Source: an uncultured Haladaptatus sp. (GTDB taxonomy: Archaea > Halobacteriota > Halobacteria > Halobacteriales > Haladaptataceae). From it: a stretch of 64,000 bases of DNA. Below, piece by piece: positions 1-9,938 of this stretch; the stretch's first letter is position 1; the number at the start of each line of letters is the position of its first letter. The stretch spans positions 29,463 through 93,462 of the forward strand of contig CAYNQM010000001.1 in the NCBI GenBank assembly GCA_964399275.1, in the 5' to 3' direction. The notes under the pieces are model-generated. The model saw nothing but the letters and a program-made list of their open reading frames with translations, searched no databases and was not told the origin of the DNA. Made by a program: the position numbers and the translations under genes.

Positions 1-72
1 AACAAGTAACTCGACCAGTTGAAGGGATATCTCAGTCGTTTGGAGCCCGTTTTCCGTCCGCTGTGGCATCAT
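1..72 (-). CDS. 5' fragment of a probable IclR-family transcriptional regulator (runs off the window start)
   Basis: Manual translation from ATG at 72 gives MMPQRTENGLQTTEISLQLVELLV, open to base 1. This resembles the 'xTTExSLxIVELL' start of haloarchaeal IclR HTH domains. Only 24 codons are visible. Confidence 0.45.
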   Translation of the reverse strand, partial: MMPQRTENGLQTTEISLQLVELLV

Positions 73-74
73 AC

Positions 75-90
75 GGAGTTAGCTTACTCC
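75..90. promoter_or_regulatory. Near-perfect palindrome just upstream of the putative IclR start (possible autoregulatory operator)
   Basis: GGAGTTAGCTTACTCC is 14/16 self-complementary and lies 2 bp from the ATG. Confidence 0.35.
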
Positions 91-903
91 TATGACTACT
101 TATGGTTACGTCAATATTCACCACCGCTTAAATCGGAGAAAATAACGCCGACAACGAAATTTGAATATAAATTCTAAGAATGAATAACGAAATAAAATAT
201 AAAAAAGCAAAAACTGACTATAATATCGTATCTAAAGAAATAGGGAAATTTAGTTTAAATACTTCTTTTCAAATAAAGGGCGTAAACAAATTCTGTTGAT
301 TCTGTGGTCGCGGAGACGGTTCCTGCGAACAAGTCCGATAAACGACCCCACTAATACATTCGTGAGAGAAGAATTGATTTTGAAATCCATCTCGCGGTAA
401 AGCGGGCGGTTCCAGAAGAAGATATATATTCGTACATACATGATGCCATGCTAGCTATTAGTGCCTTCACGCCGTCGCTGAAGGATTGAAGCTGCTATTG
501 TAGATTGTCACTCTGAATAAAAAATAATATATGACTATCTTAGGATACGATGGATGCCAGAACAGTACTGAGGAGTAACTGCATCCCTCTCTTATCATTA
601 CAGTAATAGTGATGTAATGGTAAGGCGGTAATAGAGGTGGCTAACCTATGAATGTTGTAAAATTATAATTCAAATACATTCGTCTCTCCGGAATTCATAT
701 GGAACACATCGTTGTGCCAAACCGTTTTATTGATCCCCGTGTCAGGAGGTACGTCTGAAGCCATTCACGCCAATTGCGGAAGATAGCCTGTCATAGAGTC
801 GTGTGTTGATGAATGGTCGAGTTTTTTTGATTAACTACTCTCTGACGAGAATAATCGAATCGGGTGAAAGCAGCGACGAGATGATAGATGAAGGGGTTTC
901 CTA

Positions 904-2541
904 TCAGTCGTCTTCAGTTCTGACGGCGGTCTTGGTAGAACTGGTTTCCTTTTTTGGATTTGGCTTTCTGAAGAGAGTCGCTTCCTCGCCGAGAAGTACA
1001 TTTCCGCTATCCTCGCGGAGGGTCTTTATGAGTCCAATGACGGCAATAAGACAGACTATCGCGAACGGGCCACCAGTTATGATCGCGGCAGATTGGAGTG
1101 CATCCACGCCACCGATGACCATCAGAATCGACGCAACAGCGCCCTGCAAGACGCCCCAAAAAACCCGGTTGATCGACGAGGGTTCTTCCGTCCCTCCAGT
1201 CGTCATGATGGAGACCGCAAGTGTTGACGAATCGGCCGACGTTACGAAGAAAGTGGTCACTAGCACCAGGAAACCGAATAGAAGGAGGGTTCCAACCGGA
1301 AGGCCCATGAACTCGATTGCGCCGAAGAGGACGTATCCTGAAACTGCCTCTCCGTAGTTGTTGACAGGGACGAGAATGTTGGCGACGCCGTTGTGCTGGT
1401 AAATCGTCGCAGTCCCACCCACGATAGCGAACCAGGGAATCGTCGCAAGCGACGTTGCCACGATACCGGTAAACGCGACTTCGCGGACACTCCGCCCACG
1501 GGAAATGCGTGCGATAAATAGACCCGCGAACGGCGACCACGCGAGTGGCCACAACCAGTAGAAGACGGTCCACTCGTTCGCCCACGATGCGCCATTGGTG
1601 TAGTCCATAAAGAGGCTCATCTTGAAGAAGTCGCCCATGAGGCCACCTATCGCCTGCGTACTGAGTTCGAGCACGCGGAACGTCGGCCCGAACACGAGGG
1701 TTGCCACCATGAGTCCGCCGAACAGAAGCATGTTGAAGTTTGAGAGGCGACGAATCCCCTTATCGACTCCCAGGACGAGCGAGATGGTGAACAACGCCGT
1801 CATCCCCGTGATGACTGCGATCGTTCCAGCGTCACCGAGTTGAATCCCCCACTGGAACTCGAGTCCGGTAAGGAACTGACTTCCGATGAATCCCAACGAC
1901 GTTGCAACCCCACCCAGCGTCGCGAACACAGCGAGGATATCAATGACTTTTCCGGCCAGGTTGTCGACGTTGTTCGCACCCACAAACGGCGTTAGCACGG
2001 CAGATACACGGAGCGGTGCACCGTGAGCATGGACGAAGTATCCAATGCCGAGACCCATGACGGTGAAACAAGACCATTGGATAATTGCCCAGTGGAAGAT
2101 CGAATACTGCACCGCGATTGGAATTGCCGCTTGCGACTTCGATGCAGCGTCGTAAAGAGGTGGTACGCTCGAATAATGGAGGAGTGCCTCAGTAGGTCCC
2201 CAGAAAACGATGCCTGCGGCGAGTCCGGCCGAATAGATCATTGTGAAGTATGAGAAGTAACTGAACTCGGGAACCTCGTCACCGAGTTTGACCCGTCCCC
2301 ACGGACCAAGAATGAGGAAGACCAGGAAGGCAACGAATCCCAGCATCGCCAGCAGGAACGCCCAGTTGAAATGTTTAAGAACGAATTCTGTCGCAGTCGT
2401 GACGAGGCTCCCTGCCGCCTTTGGATTCAACGCGAAAACGACAACGAAAAGTAAGGTAATACCCGCACCGAATGCGAACACGATTGGTTCAATCTCGTCG
2501 ATGAACTCTTCAACCGAGCTTTGTTGGTTTGACCGACTCAT
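904..2541 (-). CDS. BCCT-family compatible-solute transporter (probable ectoine/betaine uptake)
   Basis: About 12 hydrophobic segments with BCCT motifs SAGLAAGIVFWG, FHWAI, ATLGGVATSLG, WTVFYWLWPLAWSPFAGLFIARISRGRSVRE and FFVTSADS. Confidence 0.92.
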   Translation of the reverse strand: MSRSNQQSSVEEFIDEIEPIVFAFGAGITLLFVVVFALNPKAAGSLVTTATEFVLKHFNWAFLLAMLGFVAFLVFLILGPWGRVKLGDEVPEFSYFSYFTMIYSAGLAAGIVFWGPTEALLHYSSVPPLYDAASKSQAAIPIAVQYSIFHWAIIQWSCFTVMGLGIGYFVHAHGAPLRVSAVLTPFVGANNVDNLAGKVIDILAVFATLGGVATSLGFIGSQFLTGLEFQWGIQLGDAGTIAVITGMTALFTISLVLGVDKGIRRLSNFNMLLFGGLMVATLVFGPTFRVLELSTQAIGGLMGDFFKMSLFMDYTNGASWANEWTVFYWLWPLAWSPFAGLFIARISRGRSVREVAFTGIVATSLATIPWFAIVGGTATIYQHNGVANILVPVNNYGEAVSGYVLFGAIEFMGLPVGTLLLFGFLVLVTTFFVTSADSSTLAVSIMTTGGTEEPSSINRVFWGVLQGAVASILMVIGGVDALQSAAIITGGPFAIVCLIAVIGLIKTLREDSGNVLLGEEATLFRKPNPKKETSSTKTAVRTEDD

Positions 2542-2951
2542 GTGTTTGTTCCGCCGTCCGTGTAGTTACACTCGATGCGACTCCGTGCACTGTGATGTCC
2601 TAACGACCTGACCTGGCTATTGTGTGCCCCGGAACAGCTTCCAGACACACGCTGAGCCCAACTACAGTCGCCGATGTATTGTGATCTCATGGTTCGTATG
2701 TCCACTATGTATGGCACTGTGTAACCAGGGCCATGACACAATCAATCCATCACGAATCATCTGGATAAATGTTACGGCTACCGAACTCCGTGTATACAAT
2801 CCTTGTTTATATTATATTTTTTAATAGTGAATAATTACATCTGCGGTGGCGTAGTTATCCGAGACTGGTTCTTCCAAGTGATTTAAACGGATCTTGTGAA
2901 GCGAGCAAACGGTCGATCTGTCCAGCTGGTCGTAACGCTTAATTGATTTAG

Positions 2952-2968
2952 TACACAAAAACTGTGTA
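2952..2968. promoter_or_regulatory. TACACA-N5-TGTGTA inverted repeat overlapping the start codon of the 217-aa gene
   Basis: Perfect 6-bp arms. Related copies overlap start codons at 18106-18122, 40153-40169 and (N4 spacer) 36515-36530. Confidence 0.45.
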
Positions 2969-3621
2969 TGAGTAATGAGAAAGATGGGGAAAAAGAGCAT
3001 GAACGAATGGCCTTCTCGGCCGACCGGGGACGGGGAATTCTGACGCCGAGTGACCGTGAATTCCTTCTCGGACGAAAGACCGACTACACAGAACACTCAA
3101 AAAAGCAAAAGCGGAATCGGATCCGACGACGCCTTTCCAACGCAATTCTCGACTTCAGTATATTCTTTGAGCATCTCGAAGATCGCGACCGCAAGAACGT
3201 GTTCAATCCCGAATCTGAAGCCCGCGACGATTACACCCAAGGTATCATCGATATGCTCGGCTTTCTCCACCTTGGAACGATGGGCTACCACGTCCCGTTC
3301 AAAGATATGCTGGCACAGGGAGTCAATCGATCCGAACAAAAACTCGCTGGATCCGATTATCGGATGGTGACGGTCGATTTCAACGTCGATCCCGTCGGTC
3401 AAATCAACATCGACGAGGTCACCGAAAACCTGGAAGACGGGAACTTCGACGAGATTACTGACGAAGACCTTCGCGCATTTGTCCGGCTTCTGACCGAATC
3501 TGAGGACTTTTCGGCGACGTCGATGCGCACGGAGATGAAAGAACAGATGTCCGAGTTCCTTACGAACGTAAATGAAGCGGCTGAACAGCGAACCCGACGG
3601 GCCGAAGAACTGAACGACTAA
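2968..3621 (+). CDS. Conserved haloarchaeal hypothetical protein, possible DNA-binding regulator
   Basis: Basic N-terminal motif RGILTPSDREFLLG...KRNRIRRRLSNAILDF, a pattern I recall from haloarchaeal hypotheticals, followed by an acidic C-terminus. Divergent from the BCCT gene. Confidence 0.8.
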   Translation: MSNEKDGEKEHERMAFSADRGRGILTPSDREFLLGRKTDYTEHSKKQKRNRIRRRLSNAILDFSIFFEHLEDRDRKNVFNPESEARDDYTQGIIDMLGFLHLGTMGYHVPFKDMLAQGVNRSEQKLAGSDYRMVTVDFNVDPVGQINIDEVTENLEDGNFDEITDEDLRAFVRLLTESEDFSATSMRTEMKEQMSEFLTNVNEAAEQRTRRAEELND

Positions 3622-3720
3622 ATCACGATCTACCTCGGATCAGTTTTCAAAAAGGACATGCGAGCGGTGGTGAACCGATCTCTTGATCGCGTGTGGGAGG
3701 AGCGATTTCAACGGAGCGCG

Positions 3721-4104
3721 TCAGCCGAGATAGGCGATGGCGTCCATTTCAACACGGACATCGTCGGGCAAACGTGAGACCTCCACGCAGACACGAGCAG
3801 GTGGTACTTCAGCAAATTGCGCGCCGTAGGCCTCGTTAACACGATCGTACTCATCTAAATCCGTCAGATAGACGGTTACCTTGACAACGTCGTCGAGGGA
3901 TCCGCCCGCTTCTTCTACCGTGGCGGCGATGTTTTCGATCACCTGTTTGGTCTCAGCTTGCACGTCGCCCTCGACGTCCTCTCCGGTTTCGGGAACGACC
4001 GGTCCGTAGCCAGAGATATAGAGCGTATCGCCGGCGCGGACGCCCTGTGAATACGGATTGTCATTTCGCGGTGCCTCGTCTGTAACAATTGGCTGTGAGG
4101 TCAT
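3721..4104 (-). CDS. ridA: RidA/YjgF enamine/imine deaminase
   Basis: Motifs PYSQGVRAGDTLYISG, VVKVTVYL, PPARVCVEVSRLP (catalytic Arg) and VEMDAIA; 127 aa. Confidence 0.9.
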   Translation of the reverse strand: MTSQPIVTDEAPRNDNPYSQGVRAGDTLYISGYGPVVPETGEDVEGDVQAETKQVIENIAATVEEAGGSLDDVVKVTVYLTDLDEYDRVNEAYGAQFAEVPPARVCVEVSRLPDDVRVEMDAIAYLG

Positions 4105-4122
4105 TGTGAGGCTGAATCGTCG

Positions 4123-5502
4123 TTAGATGTTCCGTTTTGCGGCGGTGGTTGTTTCGATGGCCTCGGTGATGATATCGAGTGCCGTCTCGGCAAGGTCTTC
4201 AGTGAGTACGAGCGGCGGAAGCAGTCGGAGGATGTTACCGTACCGACCCGCCTTCCACACGAGGACACCGTGCTCGAAGCAGTAGTCTTGGATAGCATCG
4301 GCCGTCTCTCCGTCGGGGTTTCCATCGGCATCAACGAACTCTGCGCCGATGAACAGTCCTTTACCGCGAACCTCTCCCAGGTTCGGGTTCCCGTCGGCAG
4401 CTTCTTTCAGCCTGGTTTGGATGTATTCGCCGAGGTCACGAGCGTGTGCGAGCAAGTCGTGTTCCTGAATATACTCGATGGCACGCGTTCCTGCACGCAT
4501 TCCGACGACGTGACCGCGATAAGTTCCGGCGTGGTCACCAGAGCCCCACGTGTCGAGGGATTCGTCGTATATCGTCGCCGAGAGCGGGAAGCCGACGCCG
4601 CCGAGGGCTTTCGCGGAGGTCATGATGTCGGGCGCGACATCGTACCACTCGCTTGCCCACCACTTTCCAGACCGGCCGAGTCCGCTTTGAATCTCGTCGA
4701 AGATGAGCGGTATGTCGTTGTCGGTGGCGAGATCGCGCACACCCTTTAGGAATCCTTTCGGTGGTGTGATAACGCCGCCTTCTCCCTGGATGGGTTCGAC
4801 GATAATTCCTGCAGGGTTTGCGAGCCCACCGTAAGGGTCTTCGAGAGTCGCCTGCAGTTCTTCGAGAGCGTGATCGACCGCCTCTTGTGGGCCTTTGTCC
4901 TGTCCGAACGGATACGGATACGGTGAGTGAACAACGTCCGGAAGGAGCGGTGTATAGTTCTCCTTGAACTTCTTGTTCGACGTGACGCTCATTGCACCAC
5001 TCGTCGCACCGTGGTATGCGCCACGGAAAGCGATGAGGCCGTCGCCGTCGGTGTTGTACTTTGCGAGCTTGATCGATGCCTCGACGGCGTCGCTGCCGGT
5101 TGGGCCGCCGAAGACGACTTTGTTGTTTCCTTGCAGTGAGTCCGGTGCGATCTCGTCGAGTTTCTCGATGAGTTCTAATCGAGCTTCCGTCGGGAAATCC
5201 ACCGTGTGGACGAGCTTGTCGGTCTGTTCGTGAACGGCATCAAGTACGTAGGGATTTCCGTGGCCGACATTGAACACGCCGATCCCGGCGAACATATCGA
5301 TGAAAGTGTTGCCGTCTACGTCACGAACCGTCGCTCCTTTTCCCTCTTCGAAGGCTATCGGGATGTCCTCAGGGTACGCAACGGCACTGCTGTCGATGGT
5401 TTGTTGCCGTTCAATAAGTGCGCGCGACTTTGGGCCGGGAACGGAGTTAACTGACGGTGCTTCATCGAAATGAATCTCTTCGATCGGTGGTCCAGTCGCC
5501 AT
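4123..5502 (-). CDS. Class-III PLP aminotransferase, diaminobutyrate:2-oxoglutarate transaminase (EctB/Dat-like)
   Basis: [42 protein letters not shown] (PLP Lys). HAGTYRG resembles HxGTFRGN of EctB/Dat. Start set at ATG 5502 (MATGPP). Confidence 0.82.
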   Translation of the reverse strand: MATGPPIEEIHFDEAPSVNSVPGPKSRALIERQQTIDSSAVAYPEDIPIAFEEGKGATVRDVDGNTFIDMFAGIGVFNVGHGNPYVLDAVHEQTDKLVHTVDFPTEARLELIEKLDEIAPDSLQGNNKVVFGGPTGSDAVEASIKLAKYNTDGDGLIAFRGAYHGATSGAMSVTSNKKFKENYTPLLPDVVHSPYPYPFGQDKGPQEAVDHALEELQATLEDPYGGLANPAGIIVEPIQGEGGVITPPKGFLKGVRDLATDNDIPLIFDEIQSGLGRSGKWWASEWYDVAPDIMTSAKALGGVGFPLSATIYDESLDTWGSGDHAGTYRGHVVGMRAGTRAIEYIQEHDLLAHARDLGEYIQTRLKEAADGNPNLGEVRGKGLFIGAEFVDADGNPDGETADAIQDYCFEHGVLVWKAGRYGNILRLLPPLVLTEDLAETALDIITEAIETTTAAKRNI

Positions 5503-5655
5503 ATGTGTGCCATTGTACAACAGTCATAAATAACTTGTCCACAGAAATCATCCAGACCGTACACAGATACTGATTTATCAGTGGATTTTGAAGATGGAAA
5601 CGAGAACGACGTAGTCCGTGAACAGTTAAGTATCACGGCGCTCCTTGTCTTGATA

Positions 5656-7317
5656 ATGCTACACACAAAGGGGTCACATCTCACAATTAACGTGGGAACA
5701 CGGACGACAGAGACTGAATCCATCGACGACATCCTCGAATCGTTCATCGGTGGACGAGGCGTGGCAACCAAACTCGCCCACGACCGTATTCCATTTGACG
5801 TCGATCCGTTCGGTGCGGAAAACCGCTTGTTCTTCGCAACCGGGCCGATGCAAGCATCGACGATGAGCTTTACCGGCCGAATGAATGCAACGGCAGTCTC
5901 GCCGCTCACCGACGGACTTGTCTCGTCGAACGCTGGCGGCTTCATGTCTCGAAACTTCATAGATACGGGCCACGCAGCCGTCGAAATCACCGGTAAAAGC
6001 GACGAACTCGTGATCATCCACGTTACCGACAGTGGCGTCGAGTTCGAATCGGTTCCGGATCTGACCGGCGCGACCGTTCCTGAGACGGTCTCGTATCTCG
6101 ACGACGAACATGATATCGGTGCCGACCAAACCGCCGTTATCGGGCCGGCCGGCGAGAATTTAGTCCGCTTTGCCTCCATCATGACCTCCGAAGAGCGGGC
6201 CTTCGGTCGCGGTGGCCTCGGCGCAGTGCTCGGTTCGAAGAACGTGAAAGCACTCACTTTCGACGGCGATTCAGCACCCGACATCGAGATACCCGCCTCA
6301 CAGATGGAAATTCACCGCGAGGCTGCGACGGACGACCACATCATGAAACAACAGGGAACGGTCGCAGTGATGGATCTCGCCAACGAAATGAACGGCCTTC
6401 CATCCTACTATTTCTCCGAACAACAATTTGAAGGAGTCGAGGGAATCAATGGCGATGCTGTCGCGGAGAAAAAATACAAGAAGGGCACCTGTTCTGCGTG
6501 TGCATTCGCCTGTAAACTTCCAACGAAGGACGAGGCGCGTGGTGTCGAGACTGAAGGACCTGAGTTCGAGGTTGCGATGGCGTTCGGGTCGAACTCTGGC
6601 GTTGACGATATCGTTGACGTAATGAAGTCCAACGAGTTGTGTGACAAGTACGGGTTGGACGCGATTTCGGCGGGGAACACCGTCGCTGCCTATCTCGCTG
6701 CCCAAGATGAATTCGGAAACGTCGACCTCGTCCACGAAATGGTCGAGAAAATCGCCCACCGAGAGGGTGTCGGCGACGACCTCGCCGAAGGTATCGCTCG
6801 CGTTCACGACGACCTCGATGTTCCGAACTGGACGGTCAAAGGCATGGACTTCGCGGCTCACGAGGGCCGTGTCCTCCACGGTCAAGGACTCTCGTACGCC
6901 GTCGCGAACCGCGGAGCAGACCACATGTACGCCGTGTTCTACTCACAGGAATACCCCCTTGTCGACAAAGACGACGCATACGACCCAACTGGGTTTGCGG
7001 GAAAACCACAACGGCTCATCGAGAAGGAAAATCAGATGGCCCTCAACGATAGTGGTGTCGTCTGCAAATTTTCACGGGACTATATGACTCCCGAACGGTA
7101 CGAGATGCTGTTCGGTGCCGACTTCGAGGAGTTGCTCGCCGTCGGCGACCGCGTTGTAACGCTCGAACGTCACTTTAACAACCAGCGCGGCTTCGACCGG
7201 TCGGACGATACGCTTCCCTACGAGATTCCTGGCTTCGAGGACGCTTTGGAGGAGTACTACGCGCTTCGCGAATGGGACGATGGGCTCGTTCCCGATGAGC
7301 AGATCCCGGCGGAGTGA
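5656..7317 (+). CDS. aor: Aldehyde:ferredoxin oxidoreductase (W/Mo-pterin, 4Fe-4S)
   Basis: GRGGLGAVLGSKNVKA, CSACAFAC (CxxCxxxC), EGPEFE, GLDAISAG and LAEG motifs. Start set at ATG 5656 (MLHTKG). Confidence 0.9.
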   Translation: MLHTKGSHLTINVGTRTTETESIDDILESFIGGRGVATKLAHDRIPFDVDPFGAENRLFFATGPMQASTMSFTGRMNATAVSPLTDGLVSSNAGGFMSRNFIDTGHAAVEITGKSDELVIIHVTDSGVEFESVPDLTGATVPETVSYLDDEHDIGADQTAVIGPAGENLVRFASIMTSEERAFGRGGLGAVLGSKNVKALTFDGDSAPDIEIPASQMEIHREAATDDHIMKQQGTVAVMDLANEMNGLPSYYFSEQQFEGVEGINGDAVAEKKYKKGTCSACAFACKLPTKDEARGVETEGPEFEVAMAFGSNSGVDDIVDVMKSNELCDKYGLDAISAGNTVAAYLAAQDEFGNVDLVHEMVEKIAHREGVGDDLAEGIARVHDDLDVPNWTVKGMDFAAHEGRVLHGQGLSYAVANRGADHMYAVFYSQEYPLVDKDDAYDPTGFAGKPQRLIEKENQMALNDSGVVCKFSRDYMTPERYEMLFGADFEELLAVGDRVVTLERHFNNQRGFDRSDDTLPYEIPGFEDALEEYYALREWDDGLVPDEQIPAE

Positions 7318-7408
7318 TGATCTTCACTTCGTTACACACGAATCGTAATCGCTGTACACAAAAAATTAAAATACGTCTTCGACAAATACCCTTTCGAGAA
7401 CAGGTAGC

Positions 7409-8587
7409 ATGCCACAGACAGTTTTCACATCCGGCGAATACGAAAGACGAATCGAGCAGACAAAGGAGCAGATGCGTGAACGGGAACTCGACGCGCTCGT
7501 GATTGCCGACCCGGCGAACATGAACTATCTATCCGGTTACGACGGCTGGTCGTTCTACGTTCATCAAGCTGTTATCATCACGCAGGATCGCGACGAACCG
7601 GTTTGGGTTGGTCGCGGACAGGACGCCAACGGAGCGCGAGCGACGACGTGGCTGGCAGAGGAGAGCATCCGAGCATACAGCGACGACCACGTCCAGTCGC
7701 CATACGACCTGCACCCGATGGACTTCTTCGCGGAAGTGTTGGAGGATCTCGGTGTCGACGAGGGCCAAATCGGACTGGAGATGGACGCGTACTACTTCAC
7801 GGCGAAGTCCTACCTGCGCCTGCAGAAGAACCTCCCGGAGGCTGAGTTCGAGGACACGACCCTGCTCGTCAACTGGGTTCGCGTAACGAAGTCCGAACAG
7901 GAACTCGACTACATGCGAGAGGCCGCACGCATCTCCGAAAACGCGATGGTCGCCGGACTCGACGCCATCGAGGAAGGCGTCCCCGAGTCGGAAGCGGCGC
8001 GCGCAATCTACAACGCGCTCATCGATGGCACCGAGGACTACGGCGGCGACTACCCCTCTATCGTTCCACTCATGCCATCCGGCGACCACACCGGAACACC
8101 ACACCTTACGTGGACCGACCGTCCCTTTGAGCGAGGTGACCCGGTCATCATCGAGCTCTCGGGTTGTCGGCACCGTTATCACTCGCCGCTTGCACGGACG
8201 ACGTACGTTGGTGACCCCCCGCAGGAAATGCAAGACCGGATGGAAATCGTCGTCGAAGGCGTAAACGCCGCGCTCGACGTCGCCGAACCGGGTGTCACCT
8301 GCGAGCGCGTCGAAAAGGCGTGGCGCGAGGTCATTCAGAAGTATGACTTGGAGAAGGAGGAACGTATCGGCTACTCGATGGGACTCGGCTACCCGCCGGA
8401 CTGGGGTGAACACACTGCGAGTCTTCGACCGGGCGACGAGACGGTACTCGAGGAGAACATGACGTTCCATATGATTCCCGGCCTCTGGTTCGACGACTTC
8501 GGAGTCGAACTCAGCGAGACGTTCCGCATCACCTCAACGGGTGTCGAGGTTTTGGCTGATTTCCCCCAGGAGCTGTTCTCTACGTAA
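7409..8587 (+). CDS. doeA: Ectoine hydrolase DoeA/EutD-like (M24 pita-bread fold)
   Basis: Carries DoeA/EutD-typical segments [31 protein letters not shown]...[28 protein letters not shown] and YPPDWGE...[23 protein letters not shown]. Confidence 0.85.
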   Translation: MPQTVFTSGEYERRIEQTKEQMRERELDALVIADPANMNYLSGYDGWSFYVHQAVIITQDRDEPVWVGRGQDANGARATTWLAEESIRAYSDDHVQSPYDLHPMDFFAEVLEDLGVDEGQIGLEMDAYYFTAKSYLRLQKNLPEAEFEDTTLLVNWVRVTKSEQELDYMREAARISENAMVAGLDAIEEGVPESEAARAIYNALIDGTEDYGGDYPSIVPLMPSGDHTGTPHLTWTDRPFERGDPVIIELSGCRHRYHSPLARTTYVGDPPQEMQDRMEIVVEGVNAALDVAEPGVTCERVEKAWREVIQKYDLEKEERIGYSMGLGYPPDWGEHTASLRPGDETVLEENMTFHMIPGLWFDDFGVELSETFRITSTGVEVLADFPQELFST

Positions 8588-8589
8588 CC

Positions 8590-9882
8590 ATGGCGGAAAC
8601 GACGTCCGAACATATCGACGCAACGGAGAGTGGAACGACGACGGGGTCAGCGCTTACGACCGCTCGTCGTCAACTAAAGCGCGCCGCGACGCACGTGGAT
8701 GTCGACGACGGCGTCGTTGAGCGATTGAAGCACCCCACGAAAGTCCAACGCGTCTCGGTGCCGCTCAAGCGTGACAACGGCGAGTTGGAGGTACTGACGG
8801 GATTCCGCGCGCAACACGATGACGTTCGTGGCCCGTACAAAGGCGGTCTCCGATACCACCCGGAGGTCACCGCGGAGGAATGTATCGGCCTCTCGATGTG
8901 GATGACGTGGAAGTGCGCCGTCATGGATATCCCGTTCGGTGGCGGCAAGGGCGGCATTGCCGTCGATCCGAAGGAACTGAGCGACGAGGAGAAAGAACGA
9001 CTCACACGTCGATTCGCCGAAGAACTCCGGGACGTTGTTGGCCCGAAGCAAGACGTTCCGGCACCTGATATGGGAACCGACCCCCAGACGATGGCGTGGT
9101 TTATGGACGCCTATTCGATGCAGCGTGGCGAAACGACGCCGGGCGTCGTCACTGGAAAGCCATCAGTCATCGGCGGTTCGTATGGCCGCGAAGAGGCACC
9201 GGGACGGAGCGTCGCGATCATCACGCGCCAAGCTATTGACTACTACGACTGGATCCTCGACGAAACCACCGTCGCCGTGCAAGGATACGGAAGCGTCGGT
9301 GCGAACGCAGCCCGTGCGCTCGACGAGTGGGGTGCTGACATCGTTGCCGTCTCCGACGTCAACGGCGCTATCTTCGACCCCGACGGATTAGATACGAGAG
9401 ACGTCATGGGCCACGACGAGCGACCCGGCATGGTTTCGGGCTACGACGCCCCTCAGCGGCTCTCGAACGACGAACTGCTCGAACTCGACGTTGACGTACT
9501 CATTCCCGCGGCAGTTGGGAACGTGCTGACGGCCGATAACGCCGACGACGTGCGAGCCGACCTCATCGTCGAGGGGGCAAACGGTCCAACCACGTTCGCA
9601 GCGGACTCCATCTTCGAACAGCGTGGCATTCCGGTTCTCCCGGATATCCTCGCCAACGCTGGCGGCGTGACTGTCTCGTATTTCGAGTGGTTGCAGGACA
9701 TCAACCGGCGACAGTGGACACTCGATCGTGTGAACGACGAACTCGAATCAGAGATGCTGCAGGCATGGAATGCGGTGAGCGGCGAAGTCGAAGCTCACGA
9801 CGTGTCGTGGCGCGATGCCGCATACATCGTCGCACTCAGTCGCGTCGCAACGGCCAAAGAGGAACGCGGACTCTGGCCATAG
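8590..9882 (+). CDS. gdhA: Glutamate dehydrogenase
   Basis: [47 protein letters not shown] and [12 protein letters not shown]. Starts 2 bp after doeA. Confidence 0.95.
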   Translation: MAETTSEHIDATESGTTTGSALTTARRQLKRAATHVDVDDGVVERLKHPTKVQRVSVPLKRDNGELEVLTGFRAQHDDVRGPYKGGLRYHPEVTAEECIGLSMWMTWKCAVMDIPFGGGKGGIAVDPKELSDEEKERLTRRFAEELRDVVGPKQDVPAPDMGTDPQTMAWFMDAYSMQRGETTPGVVTGKPSVIGGSYGREEAPGRSVAIITRQAIDYYDWILDETTVAVQGYGSVGANAARALDEWGADIVAVSDVNGAIFDPDGLDTRDVMGHDERPGMVSGYDAPQRLSNDELLELDVDVLIPAAVGNVLTADNADDVRADLIVEGANGPTTFAADSIFEQRGIPVLPDILANAGGVTVSYFEWLQDINRRQWTLDRVNDELESEMLQAWNAVSGEVEAHDVSWRDAAYIVALSRVATAKEERGLWP

Positions 9883-9938
9883 CGGATCGTTCTGGCTATT
9901 ATATTCTCTTTTCCGCAGCCGAGAAAGAGAGATATCGA

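Noticed and set aside
4123-5502. Ectoine biosynthesis (ectB) interpretation
   Set aside because: No ectA, ectC, ectD or ask is in the window. The hydrolase, importer and GDH point to catabolism.
7409-8587. Generic Xaa-Pro dipeptidase or creatinase call
   Set aside because: The [16 protein letters not shown] and YPPDWGE segments and the gene context fit DoeA/EutD better. Not experimentally excluded.
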